The position numbers and the translations under genes are program-made. The notes beneath the pieces are model-generated. The model made no database searches. It had not been told where the DNA came from and was given only the letters and a program-made list of their open reading frames with translations. A stretch of 64,000 bases of DNA from Eledone cirrhosa (taxonomy: Eukaryota), in assembly GCA_964016885.1 (NCBI GenBank), contig OZ024745.1:66340001-66404000 (forward strand), read 5' to 3'. Numbering within the stretch: position 1 is the stretch's first letter; every line of letters begins with the position of its first letter. Below are positions 1 through 13,469 of the stretch, one piece after another.

Positions 1-177
1 ATGGGTAAAATACAAACCCTGTATATAACCCCAGGTTGCTAATCGACACAATGTTCTTAGATGGTGCGTTTTTGTAAATTCCCATGATTGGAGAATATTT
101 TATGATATCTAACATAGCATTAAGTGTAGTTTAGAGTACAGCTTTTGTTTCGCAACTCCATTTTTTTTTTTTTTCAT

Positions 178-453
178 TATTTCTACTTCCGCTTTTCCCT
201 GCTTGCAAGGGTGGGACGGGAACTGATTCTGGCTTGATTTCTACAGCTGGATGCCCTTCCTAACACCAACCTCATTTACAGTGAGTGCTGGGTGCTTTTT
301 TGCCGTGGCACCTCCACAACCATTTACAGTGGAATGATAGGGACCCCAGTCCCTATCATCTCATTTCTACAGCTGAGTAAACTGGAGCAATGTGAAATAA
401 AATGTCTTGCTCAAGGAAACAACACATCACCCGGTCTGAGAATTGAAGTCACA

Positions 454-456
<3 letters not shown>
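178..456 (-). mobile_element. tRNA-derived SINE with RTE-type 3' tail (family A), head truncated by (GT)n
   Basis: Near-identical to 19299-19642, 54829-55158 and 58738-59081; tail segment matches the RTE 3'UTR at 22840-22990. Confidence 0.85.

Positions 457-511
<55 letters not shown>
457..511. repeat. (GT)n microsatellite
   Basis: Perfect TG run; explains the VCVC/HTHT ORFs. Confidence 0.98.
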
Positions 512-513
<2 letters not shown>

Positions 514-2151
514 ATGTTTGCTAGGGTGTATACGATGCTGTATGTATGTGTCTGTAAAAATACTTCAAACGTGTAGTAAAACAGTGTTTCATTGTAATAC
601 AATCCCTTCAGTTATTTAGTCCTTTTTTAACATAGATATTAAAGCTGGCGAAAATATTTACCCCCAAATATATGTCTACACCGTATTTCATCATCGAACT
701 TCATGCCACATATTTGTTGACTTATACACAAGTATACATGGCAATTATTTCTTGCCACTTGTAAATATACATTAGTTACAAATTTCATAAGACCCAGAAA
801 ACCAGAAGCAAGACATTTTGTCTGTTGCTCTGAAACTTCCGCCTATCTACCGTCACAGAATGGTATGCTATTTTTTAAATTCTGAAAGGATAGTCAGAGC
901 AAATACTACAATGCATTTTGTCTTTCTCTTTATATTGAAGTTTTGATATTAGTTTGCCACATTCATCATCAGCCTAACAATAAAATACAGTTTGCAATTT
1001 TACTAAATTATTTCAAAATCTGAATGATTTTCAAAATTGATTAAAATACAGACAATGTATTTCTTTTAAAATATTTTCACAAAATAATTAAGGAGTACAT
1101 GTTAATTAAGTAATTATATTTGATATATTGTATTTAAGCAACAAAGATTGAATAACAACAAATGATATTACCATCTAGCGTATATAAAAAAACATGTAGA
1201 TGATAATTCAAATGAACATTAGTAAAATCTTGTTAATTTAATGTTGTCATATTTAATGTAGTAAGCATCAGAAATTCAATTAAAAATACATATGCAGTGA
1301 GGAAAAAATAGTATTAGCTCAAAAATAATTAAATTTAGTAATTTTAACAAGTGTGGAAGCAAATTTAAAACAAGGTTCAGTATTATTAGAAGAATAAACT
1401 ACACCAAACTTGCAGAATTAGTGATGAGATTTAGAATATGGTCTATGAATAGGCGTGAGAAATTAGCATATTTTAAAAAGAAAATTAGGTTAATTATTCA
1501 ATAGCATCTACGTTTCCCTGATAGTAAAAAAAATACCTCTATGTGATTATTCAATATGCTAGAAATCGCAACTAAATACTCCCTTACAACTACCTACCCT
1601 TTTAAAATGTAACACTACATAGAAGAATTTCAGAGATAAATTAAGTCTTAAAAAATATGGAATCCTAACTAGAATGTCTTCACTCCTAGTTATATTCTAT
1701 CAGGGTAATCAAAAGGTACTGTTTCAATTAATACCTGGATTGCTGAAGTTTACAAATATATGCAAACATTTTAATATCATCATTGTTGACTTTCCCTACA
1801 AGCAAAGGTTGGATGGGTCTGAGGCATGCATCATGAGTGCACTGGGTACAACTTATCATGGTACCAACACTAGGGAGGCTGTCATGTCTGTGGTATTACT
1901 GAAGAGTCCTCATGACTGCTTGGCAAGTTGTCTATAGCTAGATGTATATTCTATCACTAGCCACTTTGCAGAGGTTACAAGACTCATTTATTGTGTATGT
2001 CATCAATAGCAGAGATGTTTCCATGTCTCTGACACAACTGAAAGGCTTTCTCAACCCTTTTTGGCATGGTTCTAGAGCTGGATTCCCTTCCTATCACCAA
2101 CCGCCTTACAGTGTGTATTGGGTGCATTTCTCTAGAAAAATACTAAAATAT

Positions 2152-2343
2152 AATTGTTTCTACTTTTGGCACAAGGCCAGCAATTATGCCAGTGTATTAC
2201 TGGTACTTTATTTTATCAACCCCGTAAGGATGAAAGGCAAAGTTAACCTCGGCGGGATTTGAACTCAGACCATAAAGGGCCGTAACTCTTTGCTGGAAAG
2301 CATGGCATCCGACCCCCTACCGATACTGCCAATCCACCACCCT
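2152..2343 (-). mobile_element. tRNA-derived SINE family B (Nin/Deu-like central motif)
   Basis: Minus strand: A-box-like TGGCAGTATCGG, B box GAGTTCAAATCCC, core CTTTGCCTTTCATCCTTACGGGGT(C/T)GATAAAATAAAGTACCAG, tail GGCCTTGTGCC..AAGTAGAAACAATTAT; at least 7 copies in the window. Confidence 0.85.
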
Positions 2344-5300
2344 AAATACATTTTTGTTTATAAACAATGTACTCTATACCCTTGAGGAAACACAGCCATA
2401 TTCATCTTGTGTTGAATGTTCAATAGTTTTATTTTATGTAGGATTGTACATGGAATTATCAGTTAGTAAATGACATCTAGACATGTTGATATGGATAAAT
2501 GTCAGGTCATTGACAATGATGAGTTAATTCCCCCTTCCCCTCATTCACCAATGGTACTATTACTGTTATCCTTCTTATCATGTAAATGTGTTTCTGTGTT
2601 CTGAAGAGGTGTAGAAATAACGTGTGATGTGCGTGAGATTCTAAAGTATCTTGTCTCTGATAGTAGCATCATGTTAACAAAGAAATCATAATTATTAACT
2701 GCAGACGTGTAAGCTATAATGATACATAGCTCTGAGAAAGGAATAGATGTTTCTGAATATTAACTGAATATAAGTTGAATGAGAAGTTGATATAGAAAAG
2801 GGAAGTGATAGAAAGGATGACAGAGTAAACACATAGAACAAAAATATCAATTGAAGCAATAGTATTGTTAATGTACCATGACCTTGGTTTCAAAGTGATA
2901 TAGTTAAAGGTTAAGTAGCCAGCCAGCTTAAGTGTTCTCAGTAATATCTATCATACTTTGAATATTTCTTAATTAGGTACAAAGCTTGAGGCATCTAAAA
3001 CCAGTCTCTACAACTTACTCGAATTGTAACACGATTGTAAGTTTGTTGCTTTACGATGTCATATGAATTGATTGCAATTCATTTATATTGATTCAAATAA
3101 GATAACTTGGGCTAAGAAGAGAGCATCCATATTTCAGTCTTGTTACCACAAATCTTTTCATTACTATCTAGCAGAGACAATAAGAATAAAAGTAATATAA
3201 CTTATTTATATATTTTTCTTTTGTGATAAGAGATTAACAGGCTGGTAAAACAAAATTTAATATTTTAATAATCTTTGGACTTTATTATAGACTGTACATA
3301 GTACCAGTCTCATCAATTACACCTAATCGTTCAGTAAATTTTATCTAAATTGTTGACAGATGAGTTTGATTTTGCTACACAATTTTGCCTTGCTCATTTC
3401 TGTAGCAAGGATTATATTGGCTTTGGAGGAATGAAGTATTAAAACAAAATGTCTATAATGAATAGTGTATGAAGAAAATGAAGGAGTAAAATAAACATTA
3501 AAAAGTAACAGTTTAATAGGATATGCCAGTTCTTGAATATTCAATATATTTCTTTTTTCCTTTCTATTTGAAGCATGTTTCAATTTCAGAATCTTGGAGA
3601 AATTGATGTGAACTAACCAACAGATTGCTTTTCAGTCATCAAATTCTTTTCAAAGGAATAAAATCAATTCAAGAGATGTCACCTTTGTACCTTTCTTCAT
3701 ATTAGTGTGAGTGATTATCTATCAATCAACTTCTGTTATTTTAATTTTCTAGAAAATAAATGAATAAATCTCCTCAATAGAAATAACTTAAGATATTTAA
3801 AGCTTAAAATTTAATTTTTGTTGCCATGGTGAGAGAAATATTGAGAAAAATCTGATTGATCTAAGGAATGAAGATGACAAACTGTAGAAGTAAAATACAA
3901 ATAAGGAAATACATGATGAGTAAAGTTATTTTATGTTAAAAATGCTATAAGTACAATGACATATTGAAAATCATTTAAAACTTATAAATAATCAAATTAA
4001 AAAGCAAGCTCATCAATGGTTATTTGAAGCAAATAGAAGACTAATATATTTATTTAAAATTCTGCTGTTATTATGTCTAGGAGGCAATTTATGAATAAAA
4101 TGAATCAAATACAATGAACAAAACAATTAAACAAAAACCCAATAAAAGGTAATGTGAAGGAAAGCAAGCAATATTGATGTTTTGTTTGGTTTGTCTTCTG
4201 ACATCATAGATATAGATGAAGAAAGAGCATATATGAATAGAATGGGAGTGTAATAATAGATGCAGTATCATGGTGTATAATGGTAGAATGTATTTAGATG
4301 AGTGTAATAAAAGTCAGGTGCATCTAGTAGTAACTGTGTGAGGGCTTGTGTGTGTTAGTAAGGAATGCATTTTTAAGGGATAGTTGGGGAGATGGAGGTA
4401 GTAGTGCCAATGTGGTACAGACATCATAGCTCAAAGTAGGAATCACTATGGATTTTTGGAAATATTTGAATCTAACTTATAATGTAGTATTTCTTGGGGA
4501 GCATTCAAAAAGAAAAACTTTCATACGTCATTTTTGAAATTATGATAAATATTTTAGGAAATATGAGAATTTGAATGGGCAGCAAATTGGTTGAAGTCTT
4601 ACCAAGTTAAGCCTAAATGAATAATTACCCATATTTGTCATGTTATATCTTTGAAACTGAGGTGATAATTCATAATTACAAAAATTAGTAGGATCCATGG
4701 GATAGTTGTTACCTATTTTTTTCTGGTTCTTGAGAATTAGAATTTTTCTTTGGCATTTTAAAAAATATTTATGCAAAGCCTATTTTGTTACATGTAATGA
4801 ACAGTCGATTTCGCGACGTCAACATAACCTTTTCATGTGTTTTCAGATCTAATGAAATCCCAAAGTACAAGCCACAGGGACTTGAGCTTTGGCACATTTA
4901 TAGTAGATATAGAACTAAATAGATTGTGAGATTTTGGTCATTATACTATTTCAATAAAGTTTTAATGGACTATTAAAAATAGCTTTAAACAATTAAATTA
5001 CTGTGATTAAAAGCCAGTGAAAGATTTTCATGCATTTTCAGACATGGCTATATTGCGATCTATTATCTGTAGGTGGCTCAGTTTTGATATACTGGGACAG
5101 AATCATGCCTGTCAGGTTGGAGCTTTTCAATACATTTAATATGTATCCCTGTAGTATCCCAAAATAATTTCAGTTTTAAAAATCTTTTTCTCCTATACAT
5201 TTATTTAAATCAAACTTTACAGAGCAATTTTCCAGAATTTTCTCATAAAGTAACTTTGGTGTTAATATCTTGAAAGTCTGTTGGAAATTTCCAATTGAAG

Positions 5301-7999
5301 TAAATAGTAAAATAAACTGTTCAAAACTAAATTATATGTTATAACTGTTGAAGTATACTTCAAGATTAGCTTCCATAGATTCATAAATATAAATAATTGT
5401 ATTGGGATGAAGTTTACACGGATTTGACATTTCAGCATTGAAAGTCAACATACACCCACTGTCTGATATTAGAATATATGTACAAATAGAAGTATTTACT
5501 TTTTCAATTTCATATTAATTAAATTACCAAATAATTAAATGAAATTTCAATTCTGATTTTATTTGAAAGTTTTGGACTTGAGAAAATGTAACGAAGAAAA
5601 ACATTAAAGAAAAAAGTAAACAGGAAAATATATTTAGAAAAATTTTGAGCTAAATGTACTTCAGTAAATAACAGTAAGAATAAAGCCACATAAATGGAGT
5701 GTCTTTAACTTTTTCATGAGAATATTTCTAACATTAATTCTAAGTCTACCGGTTTCAAATAATTTTTATGGTCATCAAGCATATGGAAGGCCAACTTTTA
5801 AAATAGAGTTTTCATTAATCTATTAAAGGTTTACCTACTAAATCCTTTATTACAGGAATAATTCCCAGCAGGTGGAATTTGAAATGGGTTGCTATTATTT
5901 ATGTGGGCAGAAATCTGCTTTTAATGTTTCCCCATTTAAATTAAAATTGAATAGAAATTAAGTACCAGCATGCATTGTTTAATCTTGTTGAGGTCAAATT
6001 TATCTTTTATCCTTTAAGCCTAATAAATTAATTGACTGTCAAATATTGGAGTTATTTTAATGTTGTGTCAAATGAAACAGAACTATAGTGTGTCATTATA
6101 ATATAGCCAAAATAGATATACCAAGTTGGCAGGTTACTTTTAACAGTGATGCTGACAACAATAAAGACAATATACATTGTTAAATGATCGAACAAATTCA
6201 AGAACTCATCATTACACCCACCAAGCAGTAATTAATTTTAGATATCATATGATATGATGTCACTACAGTTAGTATAACATTTTAAAACAAATTTAATTAA
6301 GATCTCGTGTTATAATGAAATTACGAACTAATGTGACCTTTTCTAAGATGGTGATTTGAGGGAAATATGACAGCTATATTTAGTTGGTTGAGGAATCCCA
6401 TACATGATTCTTTGTTGATTCAAATCAGTTTCAGTTGATTAATGACATGAAAAAGAAAATCAAGGCAATTATTAATGACTGCTTCCATCACCTATAAGAC
6501 AAATGAGGTTAACTGTTGTGCATTTGACAGAACAAGCGAAACTGCCCTTCTTGGAAATGAAACACAAAAACTGGTATAATTTTCTAGAGATAGAAAACTA
6601 TGAAAGTGTTTGTGAAGGATAGGATATAGACCATCAAAGTAAAATTTGAAATAATGAAAGAGACAATAACAGGATCAGTCACCTTGTTGGGTTGGGGTCC
6701 TTGCAAGAATGTTTTCACTTGGTAAATATGTTTGTATAATAGTGAGACTGGTGGAGTTGAGAAAGACAGATGTGTTTAGTGTATGCAGTGTGTTGTTAGA
6801 AGTAAGGCTGGTAACAAATGTGGGGCCTCTATCAAGAAGATTGCATCATATATAGAATCGAGTTGAGGATTTTTACAGAAGCACAGTCAGCAAATATACA
6901 CAAAGCACGATTTTCTTTCATTTTGTGATAATTCGTCAATTTTAGCTTCAGTTTAACTAACGAATAGACTGTCATATTTTGACTTTGTGCTTATTGGAAA
7001 GTGGCATCAAGTTATAAATTACATGTAATGAAACATCATACAATCAGCAACATTCCCTGAACTTTACATTGATGAAATGAATGGAAAACATTAAACCAAA
7101 ACATATATAATGTTGTAGGGATAAAACCCATTATTAATTTTGAGTTTTTTATGGGTCTGTCAATGAAAAAGGTTTGTGCTGATGATCATGTTCATATCTA
7201 CTGTGACTACTAAGAAAAGAGGTTATCGTAACTGGGGATCTGAGCTGAATATATGTGACAATGTGGGCTCTGCTAAAAACATCCAAGGTTTAGGAGTGAG
7301 TGTTAAAGTGAGTGAATATATCATTAAAAAACAGGAACATTTTCTTTTACCCATTAAAATGGCAAGTCTAATAACTAACAAATAATAAAAAGAATAGTGA
7401 TAAAATTGTATTATCAATTGTAATCAATATGTTAATTTATTTTCTTTTACCAAACACAGCCAAGTTTTAACCATAGAATTGTTATTGTAAAATCAGAAGA
7501 CCATGACAACCTAAAGTGTTTTATTGTAGAACATATAATTAAATTTTATCTCATAGGAAATCATCATTTGTTACTAGTCAAAAAGCAATAACACTTGTTT
7601 CATATAATTTATACCTTTACAGTTACTTCTGCATAAATTTCTTTCATCTAACCTACCATTAAAACTGTTAAAGCTCAGGCATCACTCTATCTAAATATCT
7701 GTTCACCTGTGTTACATGAGTATTGCTGGTTAGAGCCCAAAAATGCTATTTTTCTCGGTGCAGAATATACAAAAAGAAATCTAAGTTCTAGGCAAGTGAA
7801 AAAGTTATGTTCATGCCAGCCATGTATGGAAAAGGGATCAAGTGATGGAAATTCTCAGACTCAAGTTGCAGATGTGAAAATCTAGGTATGTATATATGTA
7901 TATATACATATATGTATATACACATATATGTATGTATGTTCCTGGCTTTGGGTGAAAGAAAATACAGGAGATCAGTTAATTATGATTTTATGCTCTTTG

Positions 8000-9000
8000 C
8001 AGCTAACACTTCCTGTTTTTCCCCAGCATGCTTGGGTGTTATGATGTTGTTGCTGGTACAATGATCCTACAAGAAGAGATTGAGGCACACAGTGTATAAT
8101 TTGTACATGATGTTCTGGAACACTATTGGGCAGCAATTTTTAGCAAGGGGATCTGGCTGTTGGGGGTTGAGGAGTGTTATGGGAGTAGATAGCCATTTGG
8201 GTAGTTCTTGGGTGCTCTTTCTCCATACAGCCATATGAGATCTCACCAATAAAAAGTGAGATTCTTAAAATAGTAATCTATAATGAAGTCTGGGCCTGGT
8301 GATTTCCTGTTTGACATTTTCTTTAGAATTGTTTTGAGTATTTTGCTATCTATTTTGCATTGCTCCTTGTGTAACATGCTGTTACACAATGATTGTATAG
8401 CTAGTTCTTCTAGCCATACAATCTGCATGTTGAACTAGTCATTTCGTTCCCATACAGATTTCCAATAACTCTAAATCTGATTTCCTGCAGAAATGTCTTC
8501 TACAAAGATTAAAATGTTCAATTTGAAACTACAATAGACTGATCTGGGAACTCTGGCAAATATTTTCAACATTTGCAGTTTATATGCTGTACATTTATAT
8601 TTTAGTTTTTCTGCTGTAGCTCAAAGTTGTTTCATCTAATGCAGTTTGGCATTTAAGGTTTTAAATCCTCTATTTCCCATTTGCCTCTCTATTTTCTTCT
8701 TGGTATCTAGCAACACTGATCTGTGAGATACTTCTCTGTAGGAATAACATTTTATTTTTTAAGTTACATGACCATACTGGTTCAGGCTTTTTGCTTGTAT
8801 CCTGGTTGTATGTTTTTTAGCTCTTTATGGAAGGCCAACAATGTCATAGCTGAGACACATATCAAATGGATAATGCTTTCTTAGGTTGGTTTTATACTGC
8901 TGGACTGTGTGACCTCCAGATAATTTTTTGCTATTTTATTTACTGCCTTCAATTCTAATTTAGAGTGTCCTTTACTTATACTTGTGTTATATGGCCTGTC
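8000..9000 (-). pseudogene. Degenerate R4/Dong-clade non-LTR retrotransposon, RT N-terminal part
   Basis: Fragments KKMSNRKSPGPDFI..YYFK and LPKWLSTPITLLNP...KNCCPIVFQNIMYKLYT match RT domain 0-1 motifs (KSPGPD; NYRPI.C.N..YK); boundaries approximate. Confidence 0.65.
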
Positions 9001-9220
9001 ACTCTAATTAAAGTTGTAGAACTGTTTAAACATATAATTTTGGAACACTTGTAAGGTGTTCTGTTTGTTCTGTAGAGGTATGGATTTTAGCTGAGTTGTC
9101 TATTGTTTACTGCTACATTCAGTGATCATTCTATCTATCCATCTGTGGTAATGTCTGGATTTGTTATGCCAGCCTGCTTTCAATCAGATAGTTTTGTTAA
9201 TGGTATCAATTTACATCTAA

Positions 9221-10351
9221 CTAGCAGTGTATCCCAGCTACTGCACGAGTAAGAACATTGGTAATAGCACCTCCAATGATAAACGTTTATTTGTAAGTGC
9301 CTGTTAAAAACTCACAAAAATATACCGACAGGAAACTTGCTTTATTTGGAGAAAATTAAGTTGAAAGTACAGTTTAGCTGTCTACGTGCATTGTTCATAG
9401 AAATATTGTTGAGCCCCTTCTTTCCAAACTCCTCTGTTTTGGTCTTTTTCAGTAAATGTGAAAGAGAAAGTCACAGATTAAGTTGGCAGAAGGTTCCAGT
9501 GTCATAGCAGTAAGGCGTAGGCTACTTACCTCAATAGTTCATTCGCACTCTTTCCACTAAGTTATTCTTTCTCTCTAACCCTCTCAGTGCAGTCCCTTGC
9601 GAATTTCGTGCATAGGCCTGGTGTAGATTTGCACCCAATCCATCTGCCCGATGCACATGTCCGCTTTGTACGGCTTTTGGAGGAAGGAGTGACCAGCAGT
9701 ATGTTGTTCTGTATTATTACGAAAAGGTGTAGCAGAAAATCCCGCGTGAACTAACAGCTCAGGAGGAAACTGCTTACCTCGAAGATTCATTTGCCATTGT
9801 TCTTGTCAATGCTCCGTTTAGTTGGTATTTGTTGGTCTACAGTTAGATGAATGGCGCACAAAGGGTTAATGTTTATTGGCAAGAAGTGCAACTGAACTGG
9901 CTTGCCTCGCTTATATTATATATTAAAATAACAGATTAAAGTTTAAGCAAAGAATCGCTGCTTTCATCCTTAATGGGATCTTCTGAAACTGAAAAAAATC
10001 AATCTGTGAACGCAGAAGTAAATATTTCGAAAAACGTTGCAACCAAAGAAAAACAGGAAGATGATACTTTGGTTCGTGAAGACGTTCCCTGGCAATGAAT
10101 GGAAAATAGTGAACATAATACATCATCAATGTTTGTCAGCCAGGCATACAGACAGATATTATAAGGGCGCAATGGAGATGGATTACCAGTGTCTAACACC
10201 CATATAACAACAGAAAATTGAAAAATAAAAGCTGCAAGGAATATATAAATGCAAGTTTGAAGTCAATCGGAGTAGAAATGTGGAATTGTATAGACTTTGA
10301 AAAAATGAGGACACACACACAGACAACTACAGTTTTATATATATGTATAGA
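9221..10351 (-). mobile_element. Full-length non-autonomous Helitron (~1.13 kb)
   Basis: Minus strand begins A|TCTATAC.. at 10351 and ends ..CTAG|T at 9221 with a decayed subterminal GC hairpin (9231-9250); no TSD; internal parts recur at 30860-33230. Confidence 0.8.
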
Positions 10352-10699
10352 TGATACATTTTGCTTGTTCATTTAAATATTTCGATTTAGTCAAAGGAGA
10401 CATATATTCAAGCATGATGATATTGTCTATTCAATGATATTAGTATTTAATTTTCAAAATAGATGATGGTCTTCAAAATTTTCAACAATTTTTAGTCAGA
10501 ATTACATTTAAAGTTGTTCACAGTTTAGGTAATATTCCTTTCAGATTGTCTTAACAATGAAAATATTTTATTTATTGAATATAATTAGCAATATACACAA
10601 TTCAATAAATGAGTAACTACATAAATGAATGACAATAAAATAATTAGGAAAACACTACAAATATTTTAAAATGGAAAAGGTCCTAGAGCCACAGAAGAA

Positions 10700-11040
10700 C
10701 GGGAGCAGAAAGTGGGGAAGATGACAGGCTCTGGGCCTAGGGCGTGGAGATGTTGGGACTACACTCCACGGTCAAGACCACAAATGTATTTCTGCACACA
10801 ATGACCAGCAATACTTGGGCTCCTTACTCAGCTGGGCTGCTGACATTCTGATCTTGCAGAGGAGTTCAGCAATACGGGGTTCAAGTATGCCTAAGGTCTT
10901 GATGACGACCAGTGTGAAGAGGAAGTGTCTGGACAATCCCCGGTATTTGTCTGTCTTCCATTCCTCTGTATTGCTAGCCACAGTAATGGGGTTTGTGGCT
11001 GAAGCAACTGAGTTGAAGGTGAAGAACATGTCATAATATG
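10700..11040 (-). pseudogene. Degenerate RLE-type endonuclease C-terminus (CRE-like non-LTR element)
   Basis: ORF 10772-11029: EEWKTDKYRGLSRHFLFTLVVIKTLG..E..AELL..I...SKEPK resembles the K..KY..L...Y.F.P...ETLG..EPR pattern. Confidence 0.55.
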
Positions 11041-11929
11041 TGGTGTTCTAGATGAGGGATCTAGAAATTTTGCTGGTCCAGCCCTCTCTTCTTTCAGCTC
11101 TTACATCCGGAATGTTCTGCTGATTTAAGGAAGAGAGATTCAAGATAAAGTCTGTGTTTTGCTCATGACTGCAGAAGAAAAATGGCTCGTACAAATGTGG
11201 TTGGTGATTAAATAGAGATATTTAGAAGACTTTTCTGTCTGGACGATTATGCAACAATTTCTCTAGCACTGGTGTCATGATAAAATATATCCATTCTTCC
11301 CTATAAAGACGTAGTGCTGGTGCTACAACAAAATTCAGACAGTACATCTTGTAAGGATGTTTGCATTAGGAAGAGCATCCAGCCTTAGGAACCATGTGAA
11401 GCTTTTGAGCTTTCAGATGGGCTGGGAGTCTGCATCTTGCTTACAAGTACTACTGCACTCTACCAAATGATCATATAGACATGGGCGTCGTCACATCTAG
11501 CTTATATATGTTCCTGAGTTCCACTAACTGCATTTTATCAGGACAACAGCATTAGGGAATCGGCATGGAAAATCTCCTCAGTGCTTTGTTTGTGAGGTTT
11601 TCTATCAATACACACCCTTCATCAACCACATTACCAGTGTATTTATCATGTAGATAATCAACAGTAGGGAGATTATCATGACTTTGACAGAAGACTCTTC
11701 CAGACCTATTGTGTGGCATATTTTTTTTATGGCTGGATATCATTCCTGTCACCAAACCCTTCTCAGTGTGTACTGGGAGCATTTATTGTATAGGTCACCA
11801 GTACTAGAGAGGTTGTCATGCCTTTGACACAACTGAAGAGCCTTTTTTACCTTTTTTGTCATGGTTTCTACAGTAAGATGTCTTTCCAATGCTAGATTCC
11901 TCTTCCATGTCTAGAATTTTGCCACATGG

Positions 11930-12335
11930 ATTCAACTATAAGGATTAGATCATCAGAATACAAGCGTTCCCATGGAATACCAGTCTTAAACAGATAGTAC
12001 CGGAAGGCCAATTATAAACAAAAGTGGAGTGAGGACTGAGCCCTGGTCATTCCTCACCTACATTTCAAATTCACCACTCTACTCATTACCTTCGGTCACC
12101 TTGCTGGTTATGTCTTTATACATTACTTGTACAATCCTCATACACCCTTCATCTACACCTAGCTTCCTTAGTGCCCACCAGATTACTAAGTGGAGTACAC
12201 TGTCAAAAGCCTTCTCTGGTTCCCCAAATACCAAGTACGGAGGCTTATTCTTATCTGAGTACTTCTTTTGCAGTTGTCTCACAAGGAGGTAAGCATAAAA
12301 CTGAACTTCATCTCATCTAGATTGATTCAGTCTCT
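11930..12335 (-). pseudogene. Old RTE LINE RT fragment
   Basis: RQLQKKY..KNKPPYLVFGEPEKAFDSV...IWWALRKLGVDE...QGSVLTPLLF, homologous to 18198-19178. Confidence 0.85.
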
Positions 12336-12439
12336 GTGTTTTTTTACACTAATTCTATCCTATATGCAATAGCTGTTGATGTTGGTACATTAATGTTTTT
12401 CTACACTACTTAAAGCAGGTAAAGGTTTGGTGCAAACAG

Positions 12440-13240
12440 TATGCTTTAATATATGTCTACAATTCTAAATATGTCACTTTTCTTACCAACTATGCCTTCT
12501 TTGTATTTAATGACTTCTATACACTCTCTTGTATATAGTGGTAGCCCCACCCAATATGCATATGTTTGTCTAATTATTAATCATTTAATCTTATTCTCTA
12601 TACTATTCAGCTGTAGTTTCCTGATGCTCTAGGCAAGTGAAGTTTGAGAATTTTTGGTTTTAATTTTCTGATGAGTGAACATTTATATAGTATCTTTCTT
12701 AAACACTGGTAGATGCATTTATGTGTATGTAATCCTTAGTTTCCATAGTTGCAGTGCATTTATAGATTTATGTTAGAAGCTAAGCACACATTATCAAGGG
12801 GGCAATTACTCAGGGTTCTGTAGTTGTGTTAATTGGGGATTCTATCCTGTTTTTATCACTATGTTGATTATGTAATTTGTTAGCAAGGTTTTTTATTCTT
12901 ATATAATACTGAGTTATGTGTGTAGCTTGGTCTACAATCAGTCTTAGGTGTTTGTTAATAATATTCATATTTGCTCTCAGATTTTTATTGTTCATTACAG
13001 CTATGTTATCTGCTATATTTCGTATAACATAAAAATAAAATTTCACTGTATGCCTAGTAAAAAATTCATTGTATATATGTGATGAAAAGAGACAGTTTTC
13101 TTGTACCTTAAAGTATTTCAAGGTATGTTCGTTGTAACAGTTTATTATATTTATTTGGCCTTTGTGTAACATATAGCGTACAGGTTCTGTTGTCTTTGTC
13201 TTCATACTTTTGATAAAACCATTTCTGTTACTCTGCCTGC
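12440..13240 (-). pseudogene. Degenerate Penelope-like element (Naiad/Chlamys type): RT C-terminus plus GIY-YIG endonuclease
   Basis: Minus-strand translation across frameshifts gives FTRHTVK.....NIA..IA..NNKNL, then NYRTLSNCPLDNVCLASNIIYKCTAT..FKKRYY..QTSLA.SIRKL..IK.LII..CRH, the conserved Naiad-type linker/EN pattern. Confidence 0.7.
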
Positions 13241-13469
13241 CAGTGTTTCATTTATTGTTGTTGTTGTTATTGTTATTTTTATTAGTAGCAGTATTAATAT
13301 TATTATTATATGTGTGAAAACATTCTAATGATAAAAATGATGTATTTGTAATGTGAAAAGAAACTAACAAATCTTGTCTTACAATGTTAACATGAACAGT
13401 CCTTTTTTTATATTGGAAATGGGCATTATCCTCTGGGAAATTGTCCTGGCATTTAATACTAATAATAAT

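Noticed and set aside
7764-7885. AG..GT-bounded 122-nt segment with a 39-codon open frame
   Set aside because: The frame ends in a stop directly at the donor site, the peptide is unrecognised, and there are no partner exons.
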